A stretch of 64,000 bases of DNA from a bacterium (lineage in GTDB: Bacteria > Armatimonadota > Zipacnadia > Zipacnadales > UBA11051). Every line of letters starts with the position of its first letter. Within the stretch, counting starts at the first letter, position 1. Positions 38,178 through 49,000 of this stretch are shown one piece after another. The position numbers and the translations under genes are program-made. The stretch is taken from contig JAUVVY010000019.1 of the NCBI GenBank assembly GCA_030604405.1, positions 8,138 to 72,137 of the forward strand, in the 5' to 3' direction. Below the pieces are notes generated by a model. That model searched no databases. It was not told the origin of the DNA and saw only the letters and a program-made list of their open reading frames with translations.

Positions 38178-38900
38178 TCAGGCCGGCCGTAAGAGCCGCA
38201 TGATGTTATCGCGTGTCACTTTGGCGTAGTCGCTTTCGCTGAGCTTGCAGACCTGGATCTTGGCCAGCTCGATGGCGGGGTGTATCAACGGCCCATCGGA
38301 GCCGAATACTACGCGGTCGGCCCCAAGGCGCTGTATGGCTTCAGGTATTTTCCATGGCCGGTGACAGTACGAAGAGTCAAGGCAAACAGCAGGATACGCC
38401 TCGGCCAGGATAATGAATTGCTCGGCGAGATCCTCATCATTGGGTGAGCCCAAGTGGGCGATGATGAACTTAAGCTCACGGAAGTTTTCGGCGATTTCGC
38501 GCGCCAGCTTCAGGTTGAGAGCCATGTCTATGAGCACCGGAGCTTGGCGGTCAATGCACATCTCCAATAGCGGCGCCAGCAGCTCGACGGAGGGCTCCTG
38601 CATCTCCCCGCAGTGTAGCTTCAGCCCGCGCATGCCATCTTCGTCAAAACACCGCTGAAGTTCATCCAGTGCCCCCTGACCTTCCTCAGGGATTACATGG
38701 GCGAACGGTATGAAACGGTCCGGCGCGGCTTCGTAGCAGTCCATTGTCAGTTCGTTCGATGGACGAGAGGGCAGGCATATCGAAAAGATCACCGACTTGT
38801 CAATGCCCGCCTCCTCCATGCACTGGATGATTTGACTTGGGCGGAATTCTCGCATATATTTGTCTCCACCCTTGACGTGCACATGACAATCAACGATCAT
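38178..38900 (-). CDS. Amidohydrolase family protein (amidohydro_2)
   Basis: IVDCHVH, GLKLH, IIAHLG, VVFGSDGP. Confidence 0.9.
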   Translation of the reverse strand: MIVDCHVHVKGGDKYMREFRPSQIIQCMEEAGIDKSVIFSICLPSRPSNELTMDCYEAAPDRFIPFAHVIPEEGQGALDELQRCFDEDGMRGLKLHCGEMQEPSVELLAPLLEMCIDRQAPVLIDMALNLKLAREIAENFRELKFIIAHLGSPNDEDLAEQFIILAEAYPAVCLDSSYCHRPWKIPEAIQRLGADRVVFGSDGPLIHPAIELAKIQVCKLSESDYAKVTRDNIMRLLRPA

Positions 38901-38998
38901 GATTCACCGCCCTTGAGTTCGGCCGACAGCTTGCCTCGCCGACCAATGTCGCATATATTTATTGTTTTGTGGGTGCCGCATGCTCGGCCACCGGAGAG

Positions 38999-40729
38999 TT
39001 ATTCGGACTTGGAGTGTGTCCGTCCTTGATGGACGGCAGGGCCCATGCGCGCCACGTACACACCGTCCCTGGCGAAGATAAGCTGGTAGCCGTAAGGTTC
39101 TTCTCCGGCCAAGAGTGCCCTTATGACTCCATCCCAATGCCGCAGATGGTGTCTGCTGCGGCTGGTGCCATCATTGAGCAAGTGCTGCCGGATCTGGTTG
39201 TCCCATAGTATCAACAGGTATTCCGAATATGGCTGCTCGTCAGCGTGCCAGAACGGTGCCGGCCGCAGGGCCTCTCGCTTGTACACATGGCTCATCAGGT
39301 TCGCACTGACTGTAAGCGGGACCTCGTCCGGCACCAGCTCGATAGCCTGTTTGATCGTGTCGAGGTTGGCCGGCTTTTGAAAACTGGCCGGGTGCAACCA
39401 CACAGGGCACGCACCCAGGCCAAGACATAAAGCCAGCGCTGCCATCTGTATGGGCAAAGCCCGGGACCGCTGTCCCGAACGGCGCAGGAGCATATCTTGG
39501 AAACGCCGGATGCCATGGGCTGCGGCCAGCGCAAGCACCGGTCCGAATAGACTGGCATCCCACAAGTGCAATGTGAAGCGATTCTCCATCACCAACAGGA
39601 GCGCCAGGTGCGGAACTGCAAGCAGGCTGTAGGCGCTTAGGAGCGGCAGTACGCCACCCCATGTCAGCAGCATGAGATAGACATGGGCCAGTTGTTTGAT
39701 ACCGATATGACGGGCCACAACCAGCGGATGGGTGAACATATAGCCAACAGCGGCGCCGATTGTTTCTTGGCCGAAAAGTACGTGGACGATCTCCGTGGAG
39801 CTGCCAGTCGAGAAGTGCGGAATAACAGCCTTCAGGGAAAGTATGCCCCAGCCCACTGCTACGATGGCCGGTATCGCCACCCACGACCACCGCCGGCGTG
39901 AGAATAGGGCTGCCGCCGCCAGCACGAAGCAGGTAATCGCCATCGACTCCTTTATCGTGAGTAGCACGATGAACCATAGTATGTAGAGGCCGAAGCGTTG
40001 ACGCAAAAAGTAATGAAGCGTCAGAGCCAGCGGCAGGGGCGCGAGGTTCATCTCATGGAACTCCGGCGTCGCCTGCGACATGACCACCGGATTGAATAGA
40101 TATGCGGCGGTTATGACCACTGACGGCCCCGGCTCCAGCCAATTTCGAGCAATTTGATAAACGACAAATGCCGAGGCGGCAATGCAGACGATGACCAGGA
40201 CAATCATGGGCCAGTAGCCGGGCACCAGCAGATAGATCAGATACGACACAAACAATATGGGTGAGTTGTGCATGGAGAAATGTGAGCCGAGTTCGCGGGC
40301 ATTGTAGAAGAAACGGCCATGCTCGGTATTATATAGCGAATTCAGAAAGACGCCTGTGTCTATTGCCAGGCCGCCCAGGTAGCGTACCTGCAGCCAAGCC
40401 ACAAATACCATTGCCACGACAAAACCGGCCATTAGAAGCCATACAAATCGCCGTGCCCGGTGTTCAGACATCTCTCGCAGAGTGCCGAGCCAGTATAATA
40501 ACGGCACTGCCAGGGCAACACTCACAAGCAAACCGATGCGGATCAAGTGCAGTACCGGGTGGGCAGTTGGCGTCACGAGAAACGGTAGGCTCATAATCAG
40601 CCCGAGTAACGGCAATGCTATATGCCAGCGGCCGCTCAACGCACTTGCCATTGCTGTGGTAAGCCTCCCACATAGCTGCTTGCTGGCTACAGAATTCCTT
40701 GGTCGCTGCATCAGTTCCTGCTTGCGCAT
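38999..40729 (-). CDS. DUF2079-like polytopic membrane protein (GT-C-like); start uncertain
   Basis: D.GVF.NSLYN...HFSMHNSPI, EFHE, KE motif, multiple TMs. Confidence 0.75.
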   Translation of the reverse strand: MRKQELMQRPRNSVASKQLCGRLTTAMASALSGRWHIALPLLGLIMSLPFLVTPTAHPVLHLIRIGLLVSVALAVPLLYWLGTLREMSEHRARRFVWLLMAGFVVAMVFVAWLQVRYLGGLAIDTGVFLNSLYNTEHGRFFYNARELGSHFSMHNSPILFVSYLIYLLVPGYWPMIVLVIVCIAASAFVVYQIARNWLEPGPSVVITAAYLFNPVVMSQATPEFHEMNLAPLPLALTLHYFLRQRFGLYILWFIVLLTIKESMAITCFVLAAAALFSRRRWSWVAIPAIVAVGWGILSLKAVIPHFSTGSSTEIVHVLFGQETIGAAVGYMFTHPLVVARHIGIKQLAHVYLMLLTWGGVLPLLSAYSLLAVPHLALLLVMENRFTLHLWDASLFGPVLALAAAHGIRRFQDMLLRRSGQRSRALPIQMAALALCLGLGACPVWLHPASFQKPANLDTIKQAIELVPDEVPLTVSANLMSHVYKREALRPAPFWHADEQPYSEYLLILWDNQIRQHLLNDGTSRSRHHLRHWDGVIRALLAGEEPYGYQLIFARDGVYVARMGPAVHQGRTHSKSE

Positions 40730-40953
40730 GATGTTTGTCGGCGAGCACCAGCGACTTGAAGCAGAATATCTGCCAGCTCTTGCGAAGGAGATTCACAGGT
40801 GCACAGAGAATATGGTGGGCGAGTGCGGAACTGATATTGATAAGCGCAGACGTTATGGTCTCGGTGACATAGGCTGCTTTGGCTGTGGCTGGATGCCTGC
40901 AGCCAGTCAGCGGGCGGAAATGCGCCGTGGGATGTGCCAACAGGAGATAGATC

Positions 40954-41955
40954 ATGGATCTACGTCAGTGTCGGCAAGCGATTGTCGGCGGGCTAAAGTG
41001 GATTATCGGTCAGCAGAGTCCCGACGGGACATTCCGGCCCGTGGAGTTCGGACTGTGCGGATATCACAAGACAATCTATATGCTGTCGCTTGTGGCGCAG
41101 ACGGAGCGGGCCACGCGGCTGTGTGCATGGATTGAAGCGAATGTACTGGACGATGACGGCGATTTTGCGGACCCCCACGGCCGGCAGGGACCGATGAAGA
41201 CTTTCTATAGCTACCCCAACGCATGGCTGGCGATGGGCGCACATCGGCTTGAGCTGTACAACATATCATATCGGGCACTGGATTTCTTGACCTCACTCCA
41301 GCACCCTGCAACCGGAGGCTTCTTGAGCGCCGGCCCAGCGGCCGGCCTCGAGGACCGGCAGGATATGGTGACCACAGCAACCGCCGGTCTGGCCTGCCTG
41401 CAGCTCGGCGCGCTCGATGCCGCGCAGCGGGCCGGGGCGTTTCTCGTCAATGTGTTTGAGGCCCAGCCACGGGCCCAGACAAAACTGTACTTCTACGTGG
41501 AGAAAACCAACCAGTTTGTTACCGAATACGAGGACGAAGAGGCGGCTGCGCACGCCCTGACGCTCAACCGTCCCGGCCAGTGGTACTTCGTGCCCGGACT
41601 GGCCGCATGTTTTCTGACCAAGCTGTATGAAGCCAGCGGCGAGGACACGTTCTTGACCGCGGCGCAAAGCTACGTGCAATTCGCTGACTCCTCAGGCGAA
41701 GACAGGTATGGCGAGGCCCGCAGCGGATTCCTCGGTCTGGCCGCTGCGCTGCTTTACTCCGCCACCGATGTCAACAACTATGCCAACATAGCCGAGACGG
41801 TCGCAGACAATATCATCGCCGCCCAGATGGGCAACGGGAGCTGGGCCGAGGCCTCGATGGGTTACGAGCCGCCGGCGCCGATACTTGATGCCACCGCTGA
41901 GAATGTGATCCTGCTAACCGGCCTCCTGCAAGCTCTGGGCGGCCAGGAGTATTAG
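40954..41955 (+). CDS. Alpha/alpha-toroid protein with prenyltransferase/squalene cyclase (QW-like) repeats
   Basis: WIIGQQSPDGTF, FLTSLQHPATGGF, IIAAQMGNGSW. Confidence 0.65.
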   Translation: MDLRQCRQAIVGGLKWIIGQQSPDGTFRPVEFGLCGYHKTIYMLSLVAQTERATRLCAWIEANVLDDDGDFADPHGRQGPMKTFYSYPNAWLAMGAHRLELYNISYRALDFLTSLQHPATGGFLSAGPAAGLEDRQDMVTTATAGLACLQLGALDAAQRAGAFLVNVFEAQPRAQTKLYFYVEKTNQFVTEYEDEEAAAHALTLNRPGQWYFVPGLAACFLTKLYEASGEDTFLTAAQSYVQFADSSGEDRYGEARSGFLGLAAALLYSATDVNNYANIAETVADNIIAAQMGNGSWAEASMGYEPPAPILDATAENVILLTGLLQALGGQEY

Positions 41956-42073
41956 GCCCGGTAGAGTAACTCGCCGTGCACAGCGTCTGATGACCGCGAA
42001 GGATTTTGCATGACGCATGTAGAAAATATGAGCGCAGCAATAAGATGATTTTTGTCCGAAGGGAGTCTTTGCG

Positions 42074-43186
42074 ATGGGAACCGCCAAGAACGAAATAGTA
42101 GGATGGGGGATAATCGGCTGCGGGGTCATCGGCCCCTGGCATGCTAAGGCTGTCCAGCTAGTCGAGGGGGCCAGGATGGTGGCCTGCTGTGACGTGATAC
42201 GCGAAATGGCCGAGAAATGTGCTGAAGAATTTGGTGACGGCGATACGGCTGTCTATACAGATTTGGAAAAGATGTTGGCCGATTCTAATGTGGATGCTGT
42301 CTCGATCTGCACTCCCAGCGGCATGCACGCCGATAACGGCATTATTGCCGCACAAGCCGGCAAGCATATTCTGTGCGAAAAGCCGATGGACGTGACGCTG
42401 CAAAAGATTGATGCACTCATCGAGGCCTGCGAGGAAAACAACGTGAAGCTGGCCGGAGTATTTCAGCGCAGAACCTACGAGACATCCAAGCAAGTACGTG
42501 AGGCAGTGCAAAGCGGGAAACTGGGCAAGCTCGTGGTCGGCGACTCGTATCAGAAATACTTCCGCTCGCACGAATACTACGCCAGCGGCGATTGGCGCGC
42601 GACCTGGGAACTCGACGGCGGCGGCGCCTTGATGAACCAGGGCGTGCATGGCATTGACCTGCTGCTTTACATTATGGGCGACATCCGTCGGCTCAACGCC
42701 CGCTGCCGCACACTGGTGCGTAACATTGCCGTCGAAGACACGGCCATCGCCACGGTGGAGTTCGTCAACGGTGCCCTCGGCGTAATCGAGGGGACCACCT
42801 CTGTCACCCCGGGCATGGGCGGCAAGATCGAGATCTCCGGTGATGACGGCACCATTGTTATGGACGGGGATAAGATTGCAGTGTGGGATGTTCCGGGCGA
42901 AGCAGACGTGGAACAAACCGAGCAGGCGACGGACGTAGGCTCTGCACGCGACCCGGCAGCCGGTCTTGACGTGGCGGGACATGTGCGGCACATCGCCGAC
43001 CTCGTGGACGCTATATGGAACGATAGAGGACCGCAAATCCCCGGCCGCGAGGCGCGTCGGGCGGTCGAGGTCATCAAGGCCATCTACTTGTCCTCCCGCG
43101 GAGGTGGCGAGACCGTTGAACTGCCGCTGTCCTACGAGGACGACGGGCCGGGCATTGACGATCGCGGTCGCGACTGGGATTGGTAA
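42074..43186 (+). CDS. Gfo/Idh/MocA family oxidoreductase
   Basis: GIIGCGVI, AGKHILCEKP, WRATWELDGGGALMNQGVHGID. Confidence 0.95.
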   Translation: MGTAKNEIVGWGIIGCGVIGPWHAKAVQLVEGARMVACCDVIREMAEKCAEEFGDGDTAVYTDLEKMLADSNVDAVSICTPSGMHADNGIIAAQAGKHILCEKPMDVTLQKIDALIEACEENNVKLAGVFQRRTYETSKQVREAVQSGKLGKLVVGDSYQKYFRSHEYYASGDWRATWELDGGGALMNQGVHGIDLLLYIMGDIRRLNARCRTLVRNIAVEDTAIATVEFVNGALGVIEGTTSVTPGMGGKIEISGDDGTIVMDGDKIAVWDVPGEADVEQTEQATDVGSARDPAAGLDVAGHVRHIADLVDAIWNDRGPQIPGREARRAVEVIKAIYLSSRGGGETVELPLSYEDDGPGIDDRGRDWDW

Positions 43187-43215
43187 GATACAGGGCACTA
43201 TCTGCGAAATGACCG

Positions 43216-43244
43216 AAGGCAGGCCGGCAAGGGTCTGCCTTTTT
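43216..43244 (+). terminator. Rho-independent terminator
   Basis: AAGGCAGGCC...GGTCTGCCTTTTT. Confidence 0.7.
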
Positions 43245-43359
43245 CTATACTTACACTTATCCACACACAGCACGACGGCATGCCCACAAACGCCCGCTGG
43301 CACGGGGCAGGTCACAGGGCGACAGATAGAGAAAACTGAGCAAGTCGAAGTGTTGAAGG

Positions 43360-44505
43360 ATGGTGCTGATGAGCCAAGTAATCGAACTGCTCAGAGCGAT
43401 GGTAGCCACACCCAGCGTTAGCTGCGGCCTGTGTGGAGAGGCTGACGCCACACACGGTGAGAGCCGCATGGTGGAGTTGATTGCGGATTTCTGGGATCGC
43501 CATCACATAGATTACGAAATTCAGCCGGTTCAGCCAGACCGTGAGAACATCATCGCCCGTGTCGAGGGCGGAAGCGGGCCATCGCTGCTGCTGGAAGCGC
43601 ACACCGATACCGTCGCAATCGAGAATATGGAGATCGCCCCCTTCGATCCCGTAGTGAAGGACGGGCGCGTCTATGGCCGCGGCTCGTGTGACGATAAGGC
43701 CTCCCTGGCGGCGATGATGATAGGTCTGAGCAACGCCGCGGAAAAGGACTTGGCCGGCACTGTGACCATGGCGGCAACGGCTGATGAAGAATATGGGTTC
43801 GGCGGCGCCCGCAAGCTTGTGGCATCGGGCTTCATGGCCGATGGGGCAGTAGTGGGCGAGCCGACCTGTCTGCAGCTTGTGATCGCGCACAAAGGAGCAT
43901 GTCGGCTCAAGGTATCCAGCTACGGCAGCGCCGCCCACAGCAGCCAGCCACATAAGGGCGAGAATGCGATCTACGCGATGGCCGAAATAGTGCGGGTATT
44001 GCACGACTATGCCGACGCGCTTTATGAGCGGCCTGAGCATCCTCTGGTCGGCGGGCCAACTTGCTGCGTTGGGATGATCTGCGGCGGGCAAGCGCCCAAT
44101 ATCGTCCCCGACCGGTGTGAGATCTTCGTTGATCGGCGGATGATACCCGGCGAGGATGCGGCCACCGTGAAAGAGGAGGTCACAAACGCCATCGCCGTGG
44201 CAGTCGCTGATGAGGTCAACTGGTGCATCGAGCTGTCGCTGGCAGGCTACCCCCTCGAGACCGACCCGGAGTGCCGGATTGCATTGCGGGCACGCGAAGC
44301 AATCGCCGCAGTGACAGGAGATACGACTCTGGCAGGCGTACAGTACGGGACCGATGCCAGCGCGTTTTCCCTGAGCGGAATCCCCTCGGTTGTGGTGGGC
44401 CCAGGGAGCATCGAGCAGGCCCACACCGCCGTTGAATACGTGGATATTGACCAGGTCGAAAAAGCCGCCCTTATCTACGAGAAAATCTGCACATCTCTCG
44501 CGTAG
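43360..44505 (+). CDS. M20 family metallopeptidase (ArgE/DapE-like)
   Basis: AHTDTV, YGRGSCDDK, ADEE, GEPT, AAHSS, GTDA, GPGSIEQAHT. Confidence 0.93.
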   Translation: MVLMSQVIELLRAMVATPSVSCGLCGEADATHGESRMVELIADFWDRHHIDYEIQPVQPDRENIIARVEGGSGPSLLLEAHTDTVAIENMEIAPFDPVVKDGRVYGRGSCDDKASLAAMMIGLSNAAEKDLAGTVTMAATADEEYGFGGARKLVASGFMADGAVVGEPTCLQLVIAHKGACRLKVSSYGSAAHSSQPHKGENAIYAMAEIVRVLHDYADALYERPEHPLVGGPTCCVGMICGGQAPNIVPDRCEIFVDRRMIPGEDAATVKEEVTNAIAVAVADEVNWCIELSLAGYPLETDPECRIALRAREAIAAVTGDTTLAGVQYGTDASAFSLSGIPSVVVGPGSIEQAHTAVEYVDIDQVEKAALIYEKICTSLA

Positions 44506-44571
44506 GTCGGGCTGCGAACCTGGTTGTGATGGCTGGCCTGTAACAGCGTCGGGCTAGAAAGTTCGACCTAC
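44502..44571. repeat. REPIN-like inverted REP doublet
   Basis: GTAGGTCGGGCT...GTCGGGCTAGAAAGTTCGACCTAC; GTAG at both outer ends. Confidence 0.6.
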
Positions 44572-45468
44572 GGGTTGATGAATAATGCGGATCAGGAGCG
44601 GCGGCAGCGGCGGACGCAAATCCTTGGGGATGATCCGGCGGACGCGGCGCAGGTTGCTCAGGTCATCGGCCAGGTCGTCGCCCGGGATCTTAGGCGTCTC
44701 CATGATGAATGGCAGATGGCGGAGCCGAGGCTCGGAGAAGATGACCTGGAAGCCTTCGCGGCCGATGTGGCCCCTGCCGATGTCCTCGTGGCGGTCAACT
44801 CTGGAGCCGAGGGCGGATCTGGAGTCATTCAGATGAATCAGCTTGACGAGGTCGAGGCCGAATGCGGACTCTGCCTCTTGTAGCATCTCGTCGAGGCCGT
44901 CAGGGGTGTTGATGGCATATCCGGCAGCGAAGGCGTGGGCGGTATCAAGGCAGACCCCGATGCGTTCGGGCGTGGCCTCGGCGATGATCTCTCCGATCTC
45001 CGCCATCGTGCGGCCGACCACGCTACCCTGACCGGCACAGTTTTCGAGAATGACCAGCGATGGGCCGTCGGTGCGGTCACGCGCCTGCCTGATGGCCTTG
45101 ATGACGCGCTTTAGTCCCTTTACCGGGTCCTGCCCTCCGGCGCTGCCCAGATGTAATACTACACCCAGGGCCTGCCAGCGGTTGGCGATATTGAGTTCCT
45201 GGGCCAGGACAGATACGCCTTTTTGCCAGAGGTTCCTGTCCGCCGAGGCAAGGTTCAGCAGGTAGGGAGCATGGGTGAACACCGGGCGGATATCTGCCTG
45301 CTGGCAGCCGGCAACGAAGGCGGCGTCTTCTTCGGGATTCGACTTACGACGCATCCATGTCGAGGGCGCGGCGGAGAACACCTGCATTGTCTGACAGCGT
45401 CGCTGTCGGGCTGCCTCAAGTGCTCTGTGCATCCCGCCGCCGATTGAGACGTGAAAACCTATCCGCAC
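44554..45468 (-). CDS. nfo: Endonuclease IV
   Basis: IGFHVSIGGG, HAPYLLNLAS, LENCAGQG, CLDTAH.FAAGY, HLNDS....GSRVDRHEDIG.G.IG, METP. Confidence 0.95.
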   Translation of the reverse strand: MRIGFHVSIGGGMHRALEAARQRRCQTMQVFSAAPSTWMRRKSNPEEDAAFVAGCQQADIRPVFTHAPYLLNLASADRNLWQKGVSVLAQELNIANRWQALGVVLHLGSAGGQDPVKGLKRVIKAIRQARDRTDGPSLVILENCAGQGSVVGRTMAEIGEIIAEATPERIGVCLDTAHAFAAGYAINTPDGLDEMLQEAESAFGLDLVKLIHLNDSRSALGSRVDRHEDIGRGHIGREGFQVIFSEPRLRHLPFIMETPKIPGDDLADDLSNLRRVRRIIPKDLRPPLPPLLIRIIHQPVGRTF

Positions 45469-45606
45469 TGGCCGCGCCGACCTTCCTGTGCGTGGCTCAG
45501 AATCTGCTCGCAGTTCATCTCGCCGAGGCCCAGTGCTCGCGGCCCGCGCTGGGCCCACCTCCCAACACGGCTACGTGCTTGAGCGTCTTCACATGTTCAC
45601 TCCTTG

Positions 45607-45809
45607 CCCAGATAATTCACAAGACGCGTGGCTCGGCCTGACCTGCGCTTGGCGCAGGTCAGGTGAGAATGCAGCCTGCCCTGAGCTTGCCGAAGGGCAA
45701 GCATTCTCAGCTTCCAGCCCGAGGTCTTTGGGCCAATGACAGTGTGTGATTCTGCGCCCTGTCTGTCTAATCTTGCCGCCTCTCCCATTTCACTCACGAA
45801 TAATCCGGC
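45607..45809. mobile_element. Structured MITE/REP-composite element, copy 1
   Basis: Shares long near-identical blocks with 52058-52296; imperfect 12-bp terminal inverted repeats; internal hairpins. Confidence 0.6.
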
Positions 45810-45825
45810 CTAGCACTTGCCCCGT

Positions 45826-46062
45826 TCACGCATCAGAATCGTCAGGGGGATTATCACGCAAAGCCTTGCGCCGCTTGCGGGCCAGGTACGGGTAGGAAAG
45901 CTTCCTGACCGCAAACCAGACGCCGATCCAGAGCACCAGCGTACCGAGGGCTGCCAGGATGGCCGCAGGCAAATAGGCATATAGCGGCCAGCCTTGGACA
46001 TGCAGTGACCAACCTACCACGACAGCAGCTATGACGGCTGTGAAGATCTGGTGCACATTCAA
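45826..46062 (-). CDS. Small two-TM hypothetical membrane protein
   Basis: 78 aa, two hydrophobic helices and a basic tail, directly downstream of the heparinase-like gene. Confidence 0.55.
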   Translation of the reverse strand: MNVHQIFTAVIAAVVVGWSLHVQGWPLYAYLPAAILAALGTLVLWIGVWFAVRKLSYPYLARKRRKALRDNPPDDSDA

Positions 46063-46083
46063 GAGCGCTCGGCCCTTCGGTAA

Positions 46084-49000
46084 TCAGTCTGCGCTGAAGT
46101 CGGCCCGCGCCGGGATGGCGATCGTGTTGCCGGGGCCAATTGCCATGATGATAAAACGCTTGCGGCCATCCCCGTCCAGGTCCTTGAATGCCTCTTCGGG
46201 GACAGTCTTCTCCATCACACGCACGTCGTTTCTCTCCCGGGCAGCGAAATGCCCGACGACCTCATAGCCCTCGTTGACTACGGTCATGCCCGGGTGAGCG
46301 AAGTAGATGAGACGGTCGCCTTGAATGACATTGCCGTCGGCGATGGCCAGAACGTTGCCGATGCCGCAGCGCAGATCCTGGTCGCCGATGGAGAACACAT
46401 TCCTGTCAAGCACCTTGTCTATGCGCACTGCGTCCACATGCTGCCCGGTGTCAACCGTAACCCACAGGCCGATGTGGGCATCGCGGAGCACCGGCTCGTC
46501 CAGAGTGACAGTATTCTTCTCGTAATCCATAGAGGCAATAGTGGCTGTGGCAACGCCCTCAGAAGTGACCTCCTGGCCCGCGCCTTTCAGCTTCGTGCCG
46601 TCGAACAGCCGCATCGCCGTTGGTGTGCCCTGGAGATCGAGCCGGATGCACGCTGCTCGCCCGGTCACGGTATAGCCGCCAAAGCTGTGCTCGGTCTCCG
46701 GGTGCGCGGTCCAGAAGATGATGTCAGTGCCGGCCGTGTGTGTGACGCTCACAGCGGCCGAACCGTCGGGCGGCGAGACTGCCACAGCCTCCGCCTGCCG
46801 AATGTAGGGCGCGCTTTCATGGAATGGCTCGAACACGGTGGCGAATGTGGAGCTGAGATTATCACCGGCGCGGCGGCGGATCACCCACTTGTGCATCTCC
46901 GGGAAGTTAGGGCGGCGCTGGGGGATGCCGTCGCAAGCGAACACAGTTTCCTCATCGCCCAGCAAATGCGCGCGCAGGCCGAGGCCCTCGGTCGGCTTAT
47001 TCGGATACAGCTCGGGACCCCGGTTGAGGTCCCACCTGACCGTTCCGGTACCGTCGAGCGCGGCCTGCTGGACATTGAATAGCCACTGATAGGCGCTGCC
47101 CTTGTAGGGGTAGTAGCGCGTGCCTTGTTTGCCCTCGATCATCGTCGGATCGTCGTAGAATTGCCTGTAAGGCACATCCGGGCCGGCGAACGTGCCCTCA
47201 GCGCGCGGCTCGGAGAAGCCGATAGTCTCGGGGGAGAAGTCGGCCGGCGGCCCGTGGACGAGCCAGTCGTGCTGGCTCCCGCCGACGACGTGAAACAGGT
47301 CCACACAGTAGGCGGTGTCGTCGTCCACGTCAATGAGAAAAACCGCGCGGCGGAAGTCGCCCAGGTCAATGTCCGGATACGCGTTGAGGGCCCGAGCTTC
47401 AACCATCTGCGCCCAGCCGCCCGGATGGTAGGCAATCGGCTCGCCGTTGCCCCAGCTCTGACAAGTAGCGTCCACCATCACTGTGTTATGCACCGCGCTG
47501 TGCGACAGCCAGCCAAAGCGGCGCGGGTCGTAGGTATCAGCAGTCTCGGGATATCCGAAGTCGGGGATGAGTGTGTGGTCGTGTGAGAATATTTCCAGGT
47601 TCAGCCGCTCCATGTGCGCATGGGCCGTATAGTAGCCGTAGTGCAAAGCTATGGCGGTGCGGTTGTCTTCATTGCCGGTCTGCAGCGTGGCGTATCCCAG
47701 GCCCGGCAGCAGGCTGCTTTCCACGCCGACGGGTTTACCGTAGTCTGCAGCCATGCTCCTGACCTCTTGCTCCATTGACTTCTCGAACAGGTCAGTGCGG
47801 AATTTCGAACCTGCCTCGGCCCGCTGGACCATTATTCCGGCCTGCCGGGGATCGCGCATCCGCTCAAAAGCGCGTTCCAGATATGTTGGCGAGACGCCCA
47901 GGGCTGCCGCGAACTGGTTATTGGAGTCACCCATCGGCTGGGTCATCGTGCCGCAGACCGTCATCTTTATCGGTGCCAGATACATGGCCTGAAAACGCGG
48001 CGCCTCCCACATATTCACCCCGTTGAGCAGCAGCAAGTTCGCAACCTCCGCCAGATCGGTCATCCAATGGCAGTTGTAACTTGGGGATTCGAAGGCTATG
48101 CCGTCGCGGTGAAAAAGGTTGACCAGCGCGTCAGGCAGCGGTGTGATGCCGTACGAATCGACGATTTCAGGCCCCTTGACCACCCAGTCCACCATGTCGG
48201 CGGATGTCTGCTCACCCTCGTCGGTGTCGAGCACTAAAGCGATTCTCAGCAGAGCGGACTGGTGCATTCCATAGTTGCCACGGATGCGTCCGGAGCCGTC
48301 GGTGATGTCCTTGGCGGCCACGCGGAACATCCGGTTCTCAATATCGGCTTTGATCTCACTGGCGCTTTTGCTCGTCCACTCTTGCAACGCGGCGTCATTG
48401 TCGAGGGTCGGATATATCGCATCATACGCTAACGTGACATCCTGGATGGTGAAGCATTCCCAGGTGTGGTAGTTCAGCCGGCCGTAGTACCAGGACTGGA
48501 ATTCCAGGCCGTAGCGGGACTGGGTTTCGTAGTTGTAGTCCGGGTAGTACTGGGCCAGTTGCCACAGCAGCACCGCCGTCTTGTGCGCGTATTTTTCTTC
48601 GCCGGTCAACAGGTACGCCTGTGACATATTCTTGATTGCCGGCCGCAGCCAGCGATTGACCATCTCTCCGGCGAAAAAGGCGGCGAACCAGAACTTCTTT
48701 TCGTGGCCGGGCAGCTTGCAGCCCCAGCCGTCGTCCACATACTCGCCGGTCAGTAATTCATTATCTTTGCACCCGCCTTGCAGATAGGCCCAGAAGTCAT
48801 TTGACGGATACTCTTCGCCGTCAACGGGGCATTGGACCTTATACATATTGTCGAACGACATCTTCCAGCCCCGCTTGCCCCCGGGGAACTTCATGATCTC
48901 CTCGCCGTGGACGGGGCAGCCACTGTTGTGGAGGCTGTTGCTGCGCGCGACCTCCAGCGGCGGCACCAGGTCCTTGATGCGGCCATCCTCGTAATCAACC

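Noticed and set aside
45597-45797. Paralogous small ORFs starting MSEMG (also 51931..52284)
   Set aside because: Translations of the repeat element; the frames diverge between copies and conservation follows hairpins rather than codons
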